Positions 17,585-30,571 of a stretch of 64,000 bases of DNA are shown here, piece by piece; position 1 is the first letter of the stretch; every line of letters starts with the position of its first letter. Source of the DNA: Eledone cirrhosa (Eukaryota); contig OZ024754.1 in the NCBI GenBank assembly GCA_964016885.1, positions 10,540,001-10,604,000 of the forward strand. The letters are read 5' to 3'. Made by a program: the position numbers and the translations under genes. The notes under the pieces were generated by a model. That model was not told where the DNA came from. It made no database searches and was given only the letters and a program-made list of their open reading frames with translations.

Positions 17585-18430
17585 GTTTGTGTGTTTATAT
17601 CTGTGCGTGTATGTGTGTATGTGTGCGTGTTTATATCTGTGAGTGTATGTGTGGGTGTTTATATCTGTGTGTGTATGTGTGTGTGTTTATATATGTGTGT
17701 GTAATTGTGTAAGTGTGTGTATTGGTGTGCGTGTGTTGGTGCGTGTGTGTTTGTGTGTGTGTGTGCTTGTGTGCATTTGTTTGTGTGTGTTTCTGTGTGT
17801 GTGTGTGTGTTTCTGTGTGTGTGTGTGTTTCTGTGTGTGTTTATGTGCGTGTGTGTTTATGTGCGTGTGTGGTTATGTGCGTGTGTGGTTATGTGCGTGT
17901 GTGTTTATGTGCGTGTGTGTTTATGTGCGTGTGTGTTTATGTGCGTGTGTGGTTATGTGCGTGTGTGGTTATGTGCGTGTGTGGTTATGTGCGTGTGTGG
18001 TTATGTGCGTGTGTGTTTATGTGCGTGTGTGGTTATATGCGTGTGTGGTTATATGCGTGTGTGGTTATGCGTGTGTGGTTATGTGCGTGTGTGGTTATGT
18101 GCGTGTGTGTTTATGTGCGTGTGTGTTTATGTGCGTGTGTGGTTATGTGCGTGTGTGGTTATGTGCGTGTGTGGTTATGTGCGTGTGGGGTTATGTGCGT
18201 GTGTGGTTATGTGCGTGTGGGGTTATGTGCGTGTGTGGTTATGTGCGTGTGTGGTTATGTGCGTGTGTGATTATGTGCGTGTGTGATTATGTGCGTGTGT
18301 GTTTACGTGTGCGTGTTTACGTGTGCGTGTTTACGTGTGTGTGTTTACGTGTGTGTGTTTACGTGTGTGTGTTTACGTGTGTGTGTGTGTTTACGTGTGT
18401 GTGTATGCATGTGTGCGTGCATGTGTGTAG
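17585..18430. repeat. (GT)-derived minisatellite, 16-bp unit GGTTATGTGCGTGTGT
   Basis: Direct reading. Confidence 0.9.
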
Positions 18431-19452
18431 GAAATCACTACAGTATGTATACTTTGAAAATGCTACAGTAGAGAAAACCAATAACAAATCTATATCTCTT
18501 ATTATAGTTGGTCAGTTGACTCACAAAGTTAAGGAAGTTAGCCCGAGATTGGGGTTGAATGCTGTACAATACAATTAAATTTTAATCAGCTCAGGCATAC
18601 AAAAGATCCCTGCTGCCAAATACGATATATAAGCAAAGATTTAATAATTCTAAACATTGAATATGACACTGAGACGTTCACTGAGATAAAAAGATATATT
18701 CAATCAGTCACTGCCAACTAAACTCAAGCAGTTAGTCAGCTGAAAATGAGGACCAGTAATAGCTGAGGGTTCCCTAGTGGTTAGGGACACATACACGAGT
18801 GTGTGTTCATGAAACATTTACACACACACGAGGTACGAACACAAAGGAACCTATCTTCCACTGTCACTGCCTCCATCTCTCCCGCTCTCCCCATCTCTCA
18901 CTATTGTGAACAAATGGGGTCCCATGCACTGGCCACCCTGTGGCCCCGGCGAACGGAATGGAGAAGGCGTTTCCTCAGAGGATGGTGATGGAAACGCGCT
19001 GAAAGAGTCATTCTAGCTCAAGAGGTTCACACTCACGGAATAGCCATCTCTGTGCCGATGATCGTGAGCAGAGAGGTGGCCCTAGGGCCAAGAACACCAG
19101 AAATCTTCACTGCCACAGGCTTGACCAGAAACCTGTCAGAAAGCAACCGATATTCAGAGTTAGTTCATCATCATCATCATCATCAGGTTTAGCGTCCGTG
19201 TTCCACGCTTGCATGGGTTTGGACGGGGGTTTTCCCACTTGAGGCAAGAGTGGTTGTCTTGCTCGCATAGGACTGTCTGGCGGGTTTTCTAGTTGGATGC
19301 CCTTCCTAACACCAACCACATTTACAGTGTGGGGCTGGGAGGTTTTTACCGTGTTGCCTACACGGCCACATTACAGCGTGGACTGTCTGGCGGGTTGTCT
19401 CAGGTTTTTACCTTTTACAATATTATCAAAGCAAACCACCTGAAACTGTGCC

Positions 19453-19582
19453 TCATTATTTCATATAACCCATTATTTCATATAACCCATTATTTCATAT
19501 AACCCATTATTTCATATAACCCATTATTTCATATAACCCATTATTTCATATAACCCATTATTTCATATAACCCATTATTTCA
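19453..19582. repeat. 17-bp tandem repeat, about 7.5 copies (TCATATAACCCATTATT)
   Basis: Direct reading. Confidence 0.9.
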
Positions 19583-19765
19583 TGGATTGGCAGTATCAGT
19601 AGAGGGTCGGACGCCATGCTTTCCAGCATAGTTACGTCCCTTTACGATCTGAGTTCAAATCCCGCCGAGGTTGACTTTGCCTTTCATCCTTACGGGGTCG
19701 ATAAAATAAAGTACCAGTAATGCACTGGGTAATTGCTGGCCTTGTGCCTAAAGTAGAAACAATTA
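19583..19765 (+). mobile_element. SINE family A copy
   Basis: Near-identical to 56224-56410. Confidence 0.85.
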
Positions 19766-20186
19766 TCTCATATAACCCTATTTGTTTCTAAAAGCCTTCC
19801 ATCATAATTTTATGTAAGCACCTTTGTTGAATTATGCCCTAACTATCAGCTTTTAATACACAATTTTGTTGTATTATTAAATTTTCACTTTTATTATGGG
19901 CCTGCTCTGACCATGCGCCTATAGGCTGGCTAATTTGAGGAGGAGAAGGCTGCCTTAGAAGCATCAAGTGGTTCAGGATTGGAGGGGTACCTGAGTCAAC
20001 CCTGGGTCATCCACCCTCCTATTGGGGAATTTATTTTGTTATGTTTATACATAGTTTATTTTATATTTTCATTGTTAAATTGGTTTTGCTATTGTACACT
20101 TTTACTTGGGCTTATTGTAAACCTCTGCTGTCCATGTCTTTGTATTGTCCCCTATATGTCGGCCCTTGTGGCCAATAAATGAAATC

Positions 20187-20215
<29 letters not shown>

Positions 20216-20217
<2 letters not shown>

Positions 20218-20604
20218 GTGGTGGATTGGCAGTATCGGTAGAGGGTCGGACGCCATGCTTTGCAGCACAGTTACGTCCTTTTACGAACTGAGTTCAAATC
20301 CCGCCGAGGTTAACTTTGCCTTTCATCCTTACGGGGTCGATAAAATAAAATACCAGTAATGTACTGGGTAATTGCTGGCCTTGTGCCAAAAGTAGAAACA
20401 ATTATTATTATTATTATTATCTTGGCAGTATCGGGAGAGGGTCGGACGCCATGCTTTGCAGCATAGAGTTACGGCCCTTTGTGATCTGAGTTCAAATCCT
20501 GCCGAGGTTAACTTTGCCTTTCATCCTTACGGGGTCGATAAAATAAAGTACCAGTAATGTACTGGGATAACTGCTGGCCTTGTGCCTAAAGTAGAAACAA
20601 TTAT
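20216..20604 (+). mobile_element. Two tandem copies of tRNA-derived SINE family A (about 185 bp each)
   Basis: A-box-like TGGCAGTATCGG, B-box GAGTTCAAATCC, core GCCTTTCATCCTTACGGGGTCGATAAAATAAAGTACCAG and (ATT)n tail; further copies near 8043, 14993, 19583, 31790, 56224 (+) and 30572, 44838 (-). Confidence 0.85.
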
Positions 20605-20624
20605 TATCATTTTCAAAATTAATT

Positions 20625-21108
20625 GAAAATCTTTGGCAGTGTGATTCATGAGAAATATGATAATGAAAGTGTTCAAATCTTTGGCAGTGTGTTTCATAAG
20701 AAATATGATAATGAAAGTGTTCAAATCTTTGGCAGTGTGTTTCATAAGAAATATGATAATGAAAGTGTTCAAATCTTTGGCAGTGTGTTTCATAAGAAAT
20801 ATGATAATTAAAGTGTTCAAATCTTTGGCAGTGTGTTTCATAAGAAATATGATAATGAAAGTGTTCAAATCTTTGGCAGTGTGTTTCATAAGAAATATGA
20901 TAATGAAAGTGTTCAAATCTTTGGCAGTGTGTTTCATAAGAAATATGATAATGAAAGTGTTCAAATCTTTGGCAGTGTGTTTCATAAGAAATATGATAAT
21001 GAAAGTGTTCAAATCTTTGGCAGTGTGTTTCATAAGAAATATGATAATGAAAGGGTTCAAATCTTTGGCAGTGTGTTTCATAAGAAATATGATAATGAAA
21101 GGGTTCAA
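20625..21108. repeat. 48-bp minisatellite, about 10 copies
   Basis: Unit GAAAGTGTTCAAATCTTTGGCAGTGTGTTTCATAAGAAATATGATAAT; gives 16-aa periodic ORFs. Confidence 0.95.
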
Positions 21109-22128
21109 TATGTATTTCTAAAAAATACCAGCTTACTTTCTGTTATTGTGACATCCTCATCAAACTTATAAATTTTTCAACACTCAAAATTCTTATATTT
21201 TTTTTCTTTATCTTTTGTCTTTTTAGTTATTCAATCCCTGCACATTCTAATAGGGGACTAAACGGCTGGAAGGGATGGGGGAGTATCCTGTTATAAAACA
21301 TTTCTTCCATATACAACACCACAATGAAGAGATTTCAATGAAGAGAATATGATTTATATTAACCATATTCAATATAACTTTTCTGAAGTGGTTTAAAAGT
21401 TTCTAATTTCTATTTCAGATAAACTATGTTGTCAAAATAGAAAGGAGAAGAGAGAGAAAGGAAGAAAAGGAGGAAAATGAAGAGAATAGTTTTCATTGAA
21501 AATGTTTAATATTTTGAACAATGTAAAAATAGCATCTGAAATATTGCTTTAATTAAAATATACTAATAACATTAGGGAGCTATATATTAATTTATATACT
21601 AGATACAGAAAGCAATAAATTTCAGTTAAATGTCCGAGAGAAACAATAGAGGAGCTACATAATTTGAATATGTATTATTATTATTATTATCATCATTATC
21701 TTTATGACTATTATTGTTATTTTTCTCTATCATAAATGGAAGAATTTCAATGGATTTTTCAGACATATGCATTGTTATATTTGAATTACGTTGTCTACAA
21801 TTGTGAATTAGAGTGTTGATTACCATGTTTAATCCTAACCCAAGGGAATGTATACAAGTATGAATAGTACAAGAAAGATGATGGGAAATTGTAGAAATTG
21901 AAACAATGTAAATAATAACAAAGGAGAGGAAGGGGTTAATAGGTTGACTAAACTGATATCTCTAAGATTTTACCAACAGAAAATATAATTGGTTGAACCA
22001 AGATTTTCTGAGAATATGTATGTATATGTAAGTGTAAGTATGCTAGGGCGAGAAATAAAATTATAATTATATATATAGAGAGAGAGAGAGAGAAAGAGAG
22101 GGAGAGAGAGGGGGGAGAGAGGGAGGGG

Positions 22129-22160
<32 letters not shown>

Positions 22161-22166
22161 AAGAGA

Positions 22167-22209
<43 letters not shown>

Positions 22210-22575
22210 AGAGAGAGAAAGAGAGAGAGAGAGAAGGAATTTGTAGTTTACTTAAAGTATTGTATATGGTATAAAGAATTCGAAGTTTGAAAGCCATATC
22301 AATGCAGATTTGGACGGGGACTAATTAAATCGTAAGAAACAGGACATATGAATAAATTAATGTTCAAAAATAAAAAGGCCCTTTTCTTATGATTTAATTA
22401 GTCTCTGCCCAAACCTGCATAGTCATGGTGGCTTTCAAACTTCAAATTATTTATATATATATGTGGTGCAAATTAATTGTGTCCGTAGGCAGTATGCCAA
22501 GATGAGTACTCAATGCTCATGGAGAGTAGAGTATCAATAATAATAATAATAATAGATGCGAGCCTACATATGAAC

Positions 22576-22667
22576 ATATATCTGAGGAGCTTCCGATTCC
22601 AGAGTTAAGATCTATCATTAATCGATCGTTCCTCGAGCTGATCGGCAGTGAAACACATGTAATATAT
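22576..22667 (+). ncRNA. Type I hammerhead motif with long stem II insert
   Basis: Stem I ATATAT/ATATAT, CTGAGGA (22582-22588), stem II GCT.CCGAT/ATCGG.AGT, GAA, ACACATGT, GUA triplet. Confidence 0.65.
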
Positions 22668-22706
22668 AATTAAGTATGTATATGATGCAACACTGATTCT
22701 TTGTTC

Positions 22707-22785
<79 letters not shown>

Positions 22786-23389
22786 CATATATATAATGCT
22801 GTCAGTAACCAACAACATACAATAGGAACATTATCTCAAACAAAACCAACCAAAAAAACAAAAAAAAAAACATATGTCTAACCTCAGTTTGAGTAAAACG
22901 AGTAAAAGAGAAAAAAAAATAAGTTTCTAATTCCTTTGACCAAAGTTTCAATATCATAGAGCTCACTTATTATAGATTTCCATCAAATTGATAGCAGAAT
23001 GAAATTGAAAAATATGTGATTTCAAATTTGATTCTTACAAAGTCTAATATGAATTTAAATTCTACAAAAATAATAATAATGAATGAATGGAATTTTGAAT
23101 GGAATGGTATTTAGAATCTATGAAATATTGAAAGACTTTTGTTTGTATGAATTATGAAGACTTTTTCTAGTGAATTTCTGAAATATTAAAATTTATGAAT
23201 TATTGAAAATATTTCAATAATTCAAAATTATATGAACACTTCATTATCTTCATGATTATCATCAAAATAAAAATACTTATGAGACAGACACCTTATAATA
23301 AAGAGGAATAATTATTATAAATTGGTTTCTGTAATAGACAACAACAGTTTTAAAACATTACAGAAATATATAACAGTTCTAGTACTTAC

Positions 23390-23517
23390 AAAGGTCTTGC
23401 TGGTTCCGATACAACTAAAGTTCCGTCTTTAGTAACAGTGTTTTCTTCATCTTCATCATCATCATCGGCAACATCTGTTGCAAGGTTGTTAAGCTGGGCA
23501 GCTATAAGATCCAAATC
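23390..23517 (-). CDS. MAP4K4: Intermediate-region exon (DLDLIAAQLNNLATDVADDDDEDEENTVTKDGTLVVSEPARPL)
   Basis: DLDxxAAQLN and DGTL motifs resemble the Msn/MAP4K4 intermediate domain (from memory); long pyrimidine tract plus CAG acceptor, GTAAG donor; 128 nt. Confidence 0.85.
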
Positions 23518-25742
23518 CTGGTAAAGAAAAAGAAGAAAAAAAGAAAAAGAATTTATTAAATTGATGTTTATTTCTTAAATTTCCATCACATAACAGAACT
23601 GTAGTAGTGGCAAATGGAAATGGTAAGCGTCAGGTGTTGTGTTATGTTCATGTCAAAGACAAAGGAAGGTAGTGAGAATTTATGAAACACAGATTTTTAT
23701 ACATCTCGTTGATGAGGTAATAAAAAGTAGAAGGAACAAAAAGAAAAAAAAAAAAAGAAAAGAGTAAAAATAAATAAAAATAGATGGTGTAGTCAGTCGG
23801 TAGATAATTTAAATGAAGAATTAATATTAAGAAATTGAGAATTAACTTAAGAAATATATGATGAAAATAAAATGTAAACAAAGCAAACAACATTCTTTGA
23901 AAATATTGATGAATAAACGAAAATCAATCAGTAGAATTTCAGAGTGAAAAATCATATTTAGAAATCTCAGATAATCACATTATAACACGCATATATTCAC
24001 ATCGACACAGACATATAAACATACAAGACTCTAGGAAAGAAATTCTAAGCTTTATGTCAATAAAATAGAAAGAAAGTTGAAAAATTTATTGTTTGATGGG
24101 ACATATTTTTAAAAGCCACACACAGACAGATAGAGAAAGAGAGAGAGAGAGGCTTTAATCTCAATAGTTAAATCTTAAATAAACAAAGGAATAACAATGC
24201 AAATGATATCATGAAATCCTTTTATTGAGGGAGATGAGTAAAGTAAACAAGAAAATGGTAGCCTTTGTATTGCGATGTTTTTTCTCATCACACAATACAG
24301 TTTACTGAGAACATAAAAATTAATTTGATGTTGAACAATAGATTATTTACTATTTACCCAATATCTATAAAGAAATATTTGGCTTTTATATCAGAGAAAT
24401 TAGTTGGTGAAGATGTCTTACTCCTCTCACTTGCAATGTTTCCTTTTTATTTCAGGAGAAGGGGGAAAAAAATCTGAATTTATCCTACTAGCTAGAATTG
24501 TAGTTCAAACAAATACTATAAAAACCTATATAGTTGTTTCTAACATAAGCATCATCATCACCATCATTTAACATCCACCTTCCCTGCTAGCAAGGGTTGG
24601 ATTGGTCTACCTACACCAAGTCAGTACTAAAGGAAAGCTACTGGCCTCCTAGACAGACCAAGAATCTGTATTTCGCTTATATACAACTTCTCTGCTGTAT
24701 TCTATCAAGTACAGAGAAGTTGTTTTTTGACATAAACTGAAGAGTTCTCCCAACCCATTGTTTGGCAAGCTTTCTATGGCTGGATGCCCTTCCTATCGCC
24801 AACCAATTTACAGCATGTACTGGGTGTTTTATTATCTGTTTGGCAAGGTTTCTATGGCTGGATGCCCTTCCTAACACCAATCACATTACAGTAAGTACTG
24901 GGTGTGTTTATTGTGTAGCACACCAACACTAGGCACAGAGTAAACATTAAAGAAGGGATCGATAGCCAATTAATTCAACCCTAGTACTTGCCTACTACTT
25001 TACCACCTTATAGTCATGGCTCTATATAAGGTCATTGTACAGGTAAAATCAGAAAATGAACAAGCTGCACACACACACACACACAAATACGCAAACATAC
25101 ACACACAAATACGCACACATACACACACAAATACACACAAACAAACAACAATAGACCATTTACACAGCTATGCCAAAATACTTTAACATGATACTAATAA
25201 GCACAATTTCCAGGTTGTCAATTTCAATTTATGTTACTACAACAACTAGCTGTTGCTACATATTACCAACTTACTAAAATATTATGATACTCTTAAAGAC
25301 ACTAAACTAATTAAAATGTAACAAACAATTTAAGTAGGAGACCATATGATTATATTCCGTTAGAAGAGTAACATGTTGATATCAATAAGTAACATGTTGA
25401 TATCAATAAGTAACATGTTGATATCAATAAGTAAACAGAGAAATTGACACTTGTTAGTGTTAAGTTTTCAGATATATGATCTTTAAGAATGACAAAAACA
25501 AAAACAGATAAAATAAGGAAGAATGAAAGGGGTAACTCTAGACCAGGGTTTCCCAACCTGAATAATATTGTACACCGGTGGATGATTTCCACAGTTGGGT
25601 GGGTTATGAGCAACTGAACAGAAAATGGTGAGCGATTGGAAATTTTGGCAGTTGATATAGGATTTTAGTACTAAGAAAGTATTTCAACATATGTTACATG
25701 AAAAAATAATTCCAAGGATATATATGTATATATATATATATA

Positions 25743-25930
25743 TATTAAAATAACAGATTAAAGTTTAAGCAAAGAATCGCTGCTTTCACCCTTCCCGTTA
25801 AGGGTGAAAGCACCGATTCTTTGCTTAAACTTTAATCTGTTATTTTAATAAATATTTGCTCTACGGTTCTTATATATTTGATATATATTTATCCTTATCG
25901 AGCCCTCTTTGGATTTTAGTCTTCAAATTT
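25743..25930. mobile_element. Short fold-back (51-bp arms, 6-nt loop) plus about 80-nt tail, microsatellite-flanked
   Basis: 25743-25793 versus 25800-25850 with one mismatch; preceded by (TA)n, followed by (ATT)n and (TA)n. Confidence 0.6.
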
Positions 25931-26066
25931 ATTATTATTACTATTATTATTATTATTATTAATATATATATATATATATGTAAAAGGTAAACAGAAATAA
26001 CAACACAATCGGTACAGTATATGGAAGGTATAAATTAGGTTAACACTTGATATAGCAGGAAGAGGG

Positions 26067-26102
26067 TCTTAACGTTTCGGACGTTAGTCCTTCATCAGAA
26101 GA
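26067..26102 (-). ncRNA. Minimal Penelope-type hammerhead motif
   Basis: Minus strand reads TCTT CTGATGA A GGAC taac GTCC GAA ACGT T AAGA: 4-bp stem I, 4-bp stem II, palindromic ACGT stem III. Confidence 0.65.
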
Positions 26103-27069
26103 AAGAATGAGAAATAAAATAGATTAAGGGGACGGGCGGGGTGGAATTGGAAAAAATGTCTTTAGATAAAAATAATAGGTCCATTCATGTTGACATCTTT
26201 TAGAAACAGTCCTATACAAGCGAGACACGGTCACCCGACCAAACTTGCCTCAAATGGGACAGACCCATCTAGCCCATGCTAGCATGGAAGATAGACATTA
26301 AATGATGTTGATGGTGATGATATATACATAAAACAGGGATAACAAACCTGGTTGGTGTTATGAAGAGCATCCAGCTGTAAAATACCCAACCAAATTTACA
26401 GTCCTCGCCGGAGCAAGGTGCAAAACATGGCCAAAAATGTCGACGACCCGTCTAACCCATGCAAGCATGGAAAAATTGACGTTAAACAGAAATGATGATG
26501 ATGATGATAAATATATAAAGCAGGAGGCTAAATGTGAATAAGGAACCAGTAACAAACTTTTACCAAACATTTTTTGGATACTTTTAAATATTTACCATAC
26601 AGGTGGACAGTGGAGACTTTGTCCATGTGAAAATGAGCAATGGAGCAAAAGAGATTGAGAACCCTGCTTTAGACCCTCTGCTGATTATGATGATGATTCC
26701 TTAGATATATTAGATGACTTAGATTTACAGAGAAGGGAAACATGACAGGCATAAATGATCTATATGAATCAATTCTTATTTGTAACATACTACCAAACTA
26801 CAGCAACTTTCACAGTTAATAAAGATAATTCCTTCTTTTATCAATCTACAAGCTACCAGACTTCATTCACTTATCGAATGGAGAGGAACTCATTAAATTA
26901 AACCAAGGAAACAATGTTTTATATTGGCCTTTCCAATTGCTAATACTAAGCCGACCTTACCCAATTACACCTCTCAAAGGCGATGACACACGACCGTGAC
27001 CTCTGGCGTCACGCAGTAATACAGAGTACCCGACCTCCCATGGGTACAAGCTGAAGCATATAGACAATA

Positions 27070-27347
27070 TCCCCCCCACTGCAAGGTGGTCGTGGAGGTG
27101 CCACGGCAAAAAAGCACCCAGCCCACACAGTAAAGTGGACGTGTAGGCGCCACGGAAAAAGCACCCAGCACTCACTGTAAATGAGGTTGGTGTTAGGAAG
27201 GGCATCCAGCTGTAGAAATCAAGCCAGAATCAGTTCCTGTATGAGCAAGGCATGGTCAGCCGACCGGACACTGCCCACAACAGGACAACCCATCTAACCC
27301 ATGCTAGCGTGGAAGAATGGACGTAAAACGGTGATGATGATGATGAT
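27070..27347 (+). mobile_element. (ATG)n-tailed SINE family C / RTE-type 3' end
   Basis: GGTTGGTGTTAGGAAGGGCATCCAGCTGTA...AACCCATGCTAGCGTGGAAGAATGGACGTAAAACGG(TGA)n; near-identical copy at 43500-43735; older copies near 19170, 24550, 26350, 28140, 41700, 51030 and 51730. Confidence 0.75.
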
Positions 27348-27839
27348 CTACAAGTCGCCACACCTGGCGGAAAGAGCAACATGAAATAAAGTGTCTTGCT
27401 CAAGGACGTAATGCATTACCCAGTCTGGGAACCACACTTGCGACCTCATGATTGATACCAGTTCTCTAACCACTAAGCCACGCACTTTCATAATCCATAG
27501 TGAAAGAGTTTGAAGTATATCAGATTTGTACATTCTCTACTTAATGACATGAAACAACTCCTAAACCTGTCAGCTTAAATTGGTTTGATAAAGTTATGAA
27601 GAAAAATGAAAATATTTGATCAGGTAATACCAAAGAGTTTATAGTCAAGAGAAAAGCCATCCATCTCAAGTTTATTGAATACAAGTAGAGGAAATGAAGT
27701 CAATTAAGCAGTAAGTTAAGCTGTGTCACACAACACTTACTTCAGCTGAACATTATATAAGTACTGATACTCCTCTTAAGAATAAAGTTTTTGATTATGC
27801 AGGACACAATAAATCCCTAAGTAGAGGTGGGCCCTGCCT

Positions 27840-28100
27840 GACAATGCTCCTTAGTGTCCCGCTTCATGTGTTCCTGCCCGTTGGTCTCACTTGGGCCAGG
27901 CCAAGCCTAGCTTGATCCCGACAGACATCCTCCATGCAAGTCCTCTTTGGTCTTCCTGGGCCTCTACAACCTCCTGGATCAGCATTCATCACTTTGCTGA
28001 TCCAGTCCTCACTGCACTCGACATAATCGTACCAGCGCATGCGTCTCGTGTGAAGCACATCCCCGAGGTTGTCAATCAGTAGTCTTTTCAGCTCAGTTGA
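27840..28100 (-). mobile_element. RTE-clade LINE C-terminal fragment
   Basis: RRMRWYDYV...GGCRGPGRPKRTCMEDV matches the RTE RRLRW.GHV...G.R.RGRP..TW motif. Confidence 0.65.
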
Positions 28101-29048
28101 GCTGACATCATCCTCTTAAGAATCAACAACTAAATCACATATCATCATCATCGTTTAACGTCTATCTTCCACGCTAGCATGGGTTAGTATTGTAATTTCA
28201 GTCCATGTATACAGAAGTGTGTGGTCATCATCATGTAATGCCTATTTTCTATTCTTGCATGGGTTTAATAGGCTGTCATATTCTGAGGCTAGACAGGTCA
28301 GGTGACCATGTCTTACTCATACAGTTTTGGACCTTGTTTCAATGGCTAGATTCCCTTCCTAATGCCAAGCACTTTACAGTATGTACCAAGAGCATTTTTT
28401 TATGAAACCAGCACTACCATCTTACAGGATGGATTTGGTGCTTTTTTAATCATGACACCAGTACTACCAATTTACAAGGTGGACTGGGTGATGTTTACAT
28501 GGTACCAACACTACCACATTAAAGGGTGGATTGAGTTCTTTTTATTGTGGAACTAGCACTACCTACTTACACGGTAGATTGGGTGTTTTTTTATTGTGGT
28601 ACCAGCACTACTACATAAGAGGTGAACTGGGTCTTTTTACTGTGGCACAATCATTACCACCTTTCAGAGTAGATTGGGTGCATTTTATCGTGTCACCAGC
28701 AATGTTACATTCAGGAGTCTGTTGTGCCTTTGGCCCTTGGCACTAATGAGAGGATGAGGGGCTATGTGTTGCTTGCTGAGCCTAAATAAGTTTAAACAAG
28801 TTAGCAGACTATTAAATAGTACAATATGTAGGGAGGGTGGGATTGAAACTTCTACAATGCAGTACAGGTAGATAGTTTCCCTCTCACAGAAGTAAGAATT
28901 TCTCAACAAAACATTATCAGAGAAATACAAAAAATGTTATCATATCCATCTAGATATCTAAACTAGATACTTCTTGGCGGGATCACAATAGATGCTGGTA
29001 GCGACAGTGCTGCTGCTTCTGATGATGGTGATATTTAATAAGGTATAT

Positions 29049-29340
29049 GTGGAGGTGCGTGTCCTAGTGGTAAGGGTGTTGGATTTACAATTACAATGCC
29101 GTGGGTTTCATTCCTGAGCTGGGTTGTGTGTTGTGTTCTTGAGCAAAACACTTCATTTCACGTTGCTCCAGTATACTCAGCTGAAAATGAGTACCAGCAA
29201 TAGCTGGAGGTTTAACCCTGCAATGGACTGGTGTCCTGTTCAGGGGGGAGTCTTGTACTCTCAGTCACTTCATGCCATGAAACTGGAATAAGCACTGACC
29301 TATTGAGCCTTAAATGGCTTAAGACAGACTTTAGACTTTT
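29049..29340 (+). mobile_element. tRNA-derived SINE family B
   Basis: GGAGGTGCGTGTCCTAGTGGTAAGG tRNA-like head and CTTGAGCAAAACACTTCATTTCAC core; inverse copy at about 58150-58432; related heads near 3380-3645, 27370-27490, 53765-54030 and 55150-55445. Confidence 0.75.
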
Positions 29341-29499
29341 TCAGATATGGCCTAAGACTGTTAAAGGATAAGAAAATGTGATGATGTATCTCAAATACTT
29401 CGCAATATGTTCACATACACCTTTTTGACATACAACAGACACTTTCAAAATATTTACCAAAAGATATTAGAAGACGAAAAACAAACAATTTCAACGATT

Positions 29500-30215
29500 A
29501 TAAAATACATATATACAAATACAACCATACATATACAAATACATACATATATAGAAATGTATACATACACATACATATAAATATATACATACACAAGCAG
29601 GGAAAAGCGGACGTAAAATGATGATGATGATGACATACATATATATAAATATATACATACACATACATATATAAATATATACATACACATACATATATAA
29701 ATATATACATACACATACATATATAAATATATACATACACATACATATATAAATATATACATACACATACATATATAAATATATACATACACATACATAT
29801 ATAAATATATACATACACATACATATATAAATATATACATATATATAAATATATACATATATATAAATATATACATATATATAAATATATACATAAATAT
29901 ATACATACATATGTATACATACACATACATATATATATAAATACATACATATATATATATACATACATACATACATATAAATATATACATACATACATAT
30001 AAATATATACATACATATATATAAATATATACATACATATATATAAATATATACATACATATATATAAATATATACATACATATATATAAATATATACAT
30101 ACATATATATAAATAAATACATACATATATATAAATACATACATATATTACATACATAAAAATACATACACATACACACAGACATATGATGTGTGTATGT
30201 GTGTGCGTGTGTGTC
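29500..30215. repeat. TA/CA-rich minisatellite
   Basis: Direct reading. Confidence 0.9.
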
Positions 30216-30571
30216 AAAATATGAATTATTTTCGTTATGTTCTGTCATTTTATTTTCGATGTAACCTACTCTCGGAAACTACAAATTTATAAACATAGTT
30301 TATGATAAATGTCTTTGTTTGCTTTTTAATTTTTTTGTCAGCATATTTCTTTTACCGTGACACAATACGGAAATATAAACGTCAATTATTTGTAACCAAC
30401 TGAAAGTGTAAGAATCTCTCCATTTTCAACCTGAGAAGCGACTTTATAAAGAAATCAATATAAGGGAGACAACTCCTGAATTACTTCAAATATATTCTAT
30501 AAAATAGTTTCTTTCTAAGTTGATACTTTTACTATATTATTTTACTATATTATTTAAAATAAATAAATAGA

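Larger units (their letters stand above)
25544..26666. mobile_element. hAT-like non-autonomous element with nested insertions
   Basis: CAGGGTTTCCCAA...TTGAGAACCCTG termini; 8-bp TSD ctctagac/ctttagac; internal similarity to 15192-15668 in opposite orientation. Confidence 0.7.

Noticed and set aside
20625-21108. CRISPR-like regular array
   Set aside because: Head-to-tail identical 48-bp units with no unique spacers; eukaryotic context with no cas genes
25743-25850. Pre-miRNA candidate hairpin
   Set aside because: Near-perfect 51-bp stem with the same tail and (TA)n architecture as the fold-back elements; no expression evidence available
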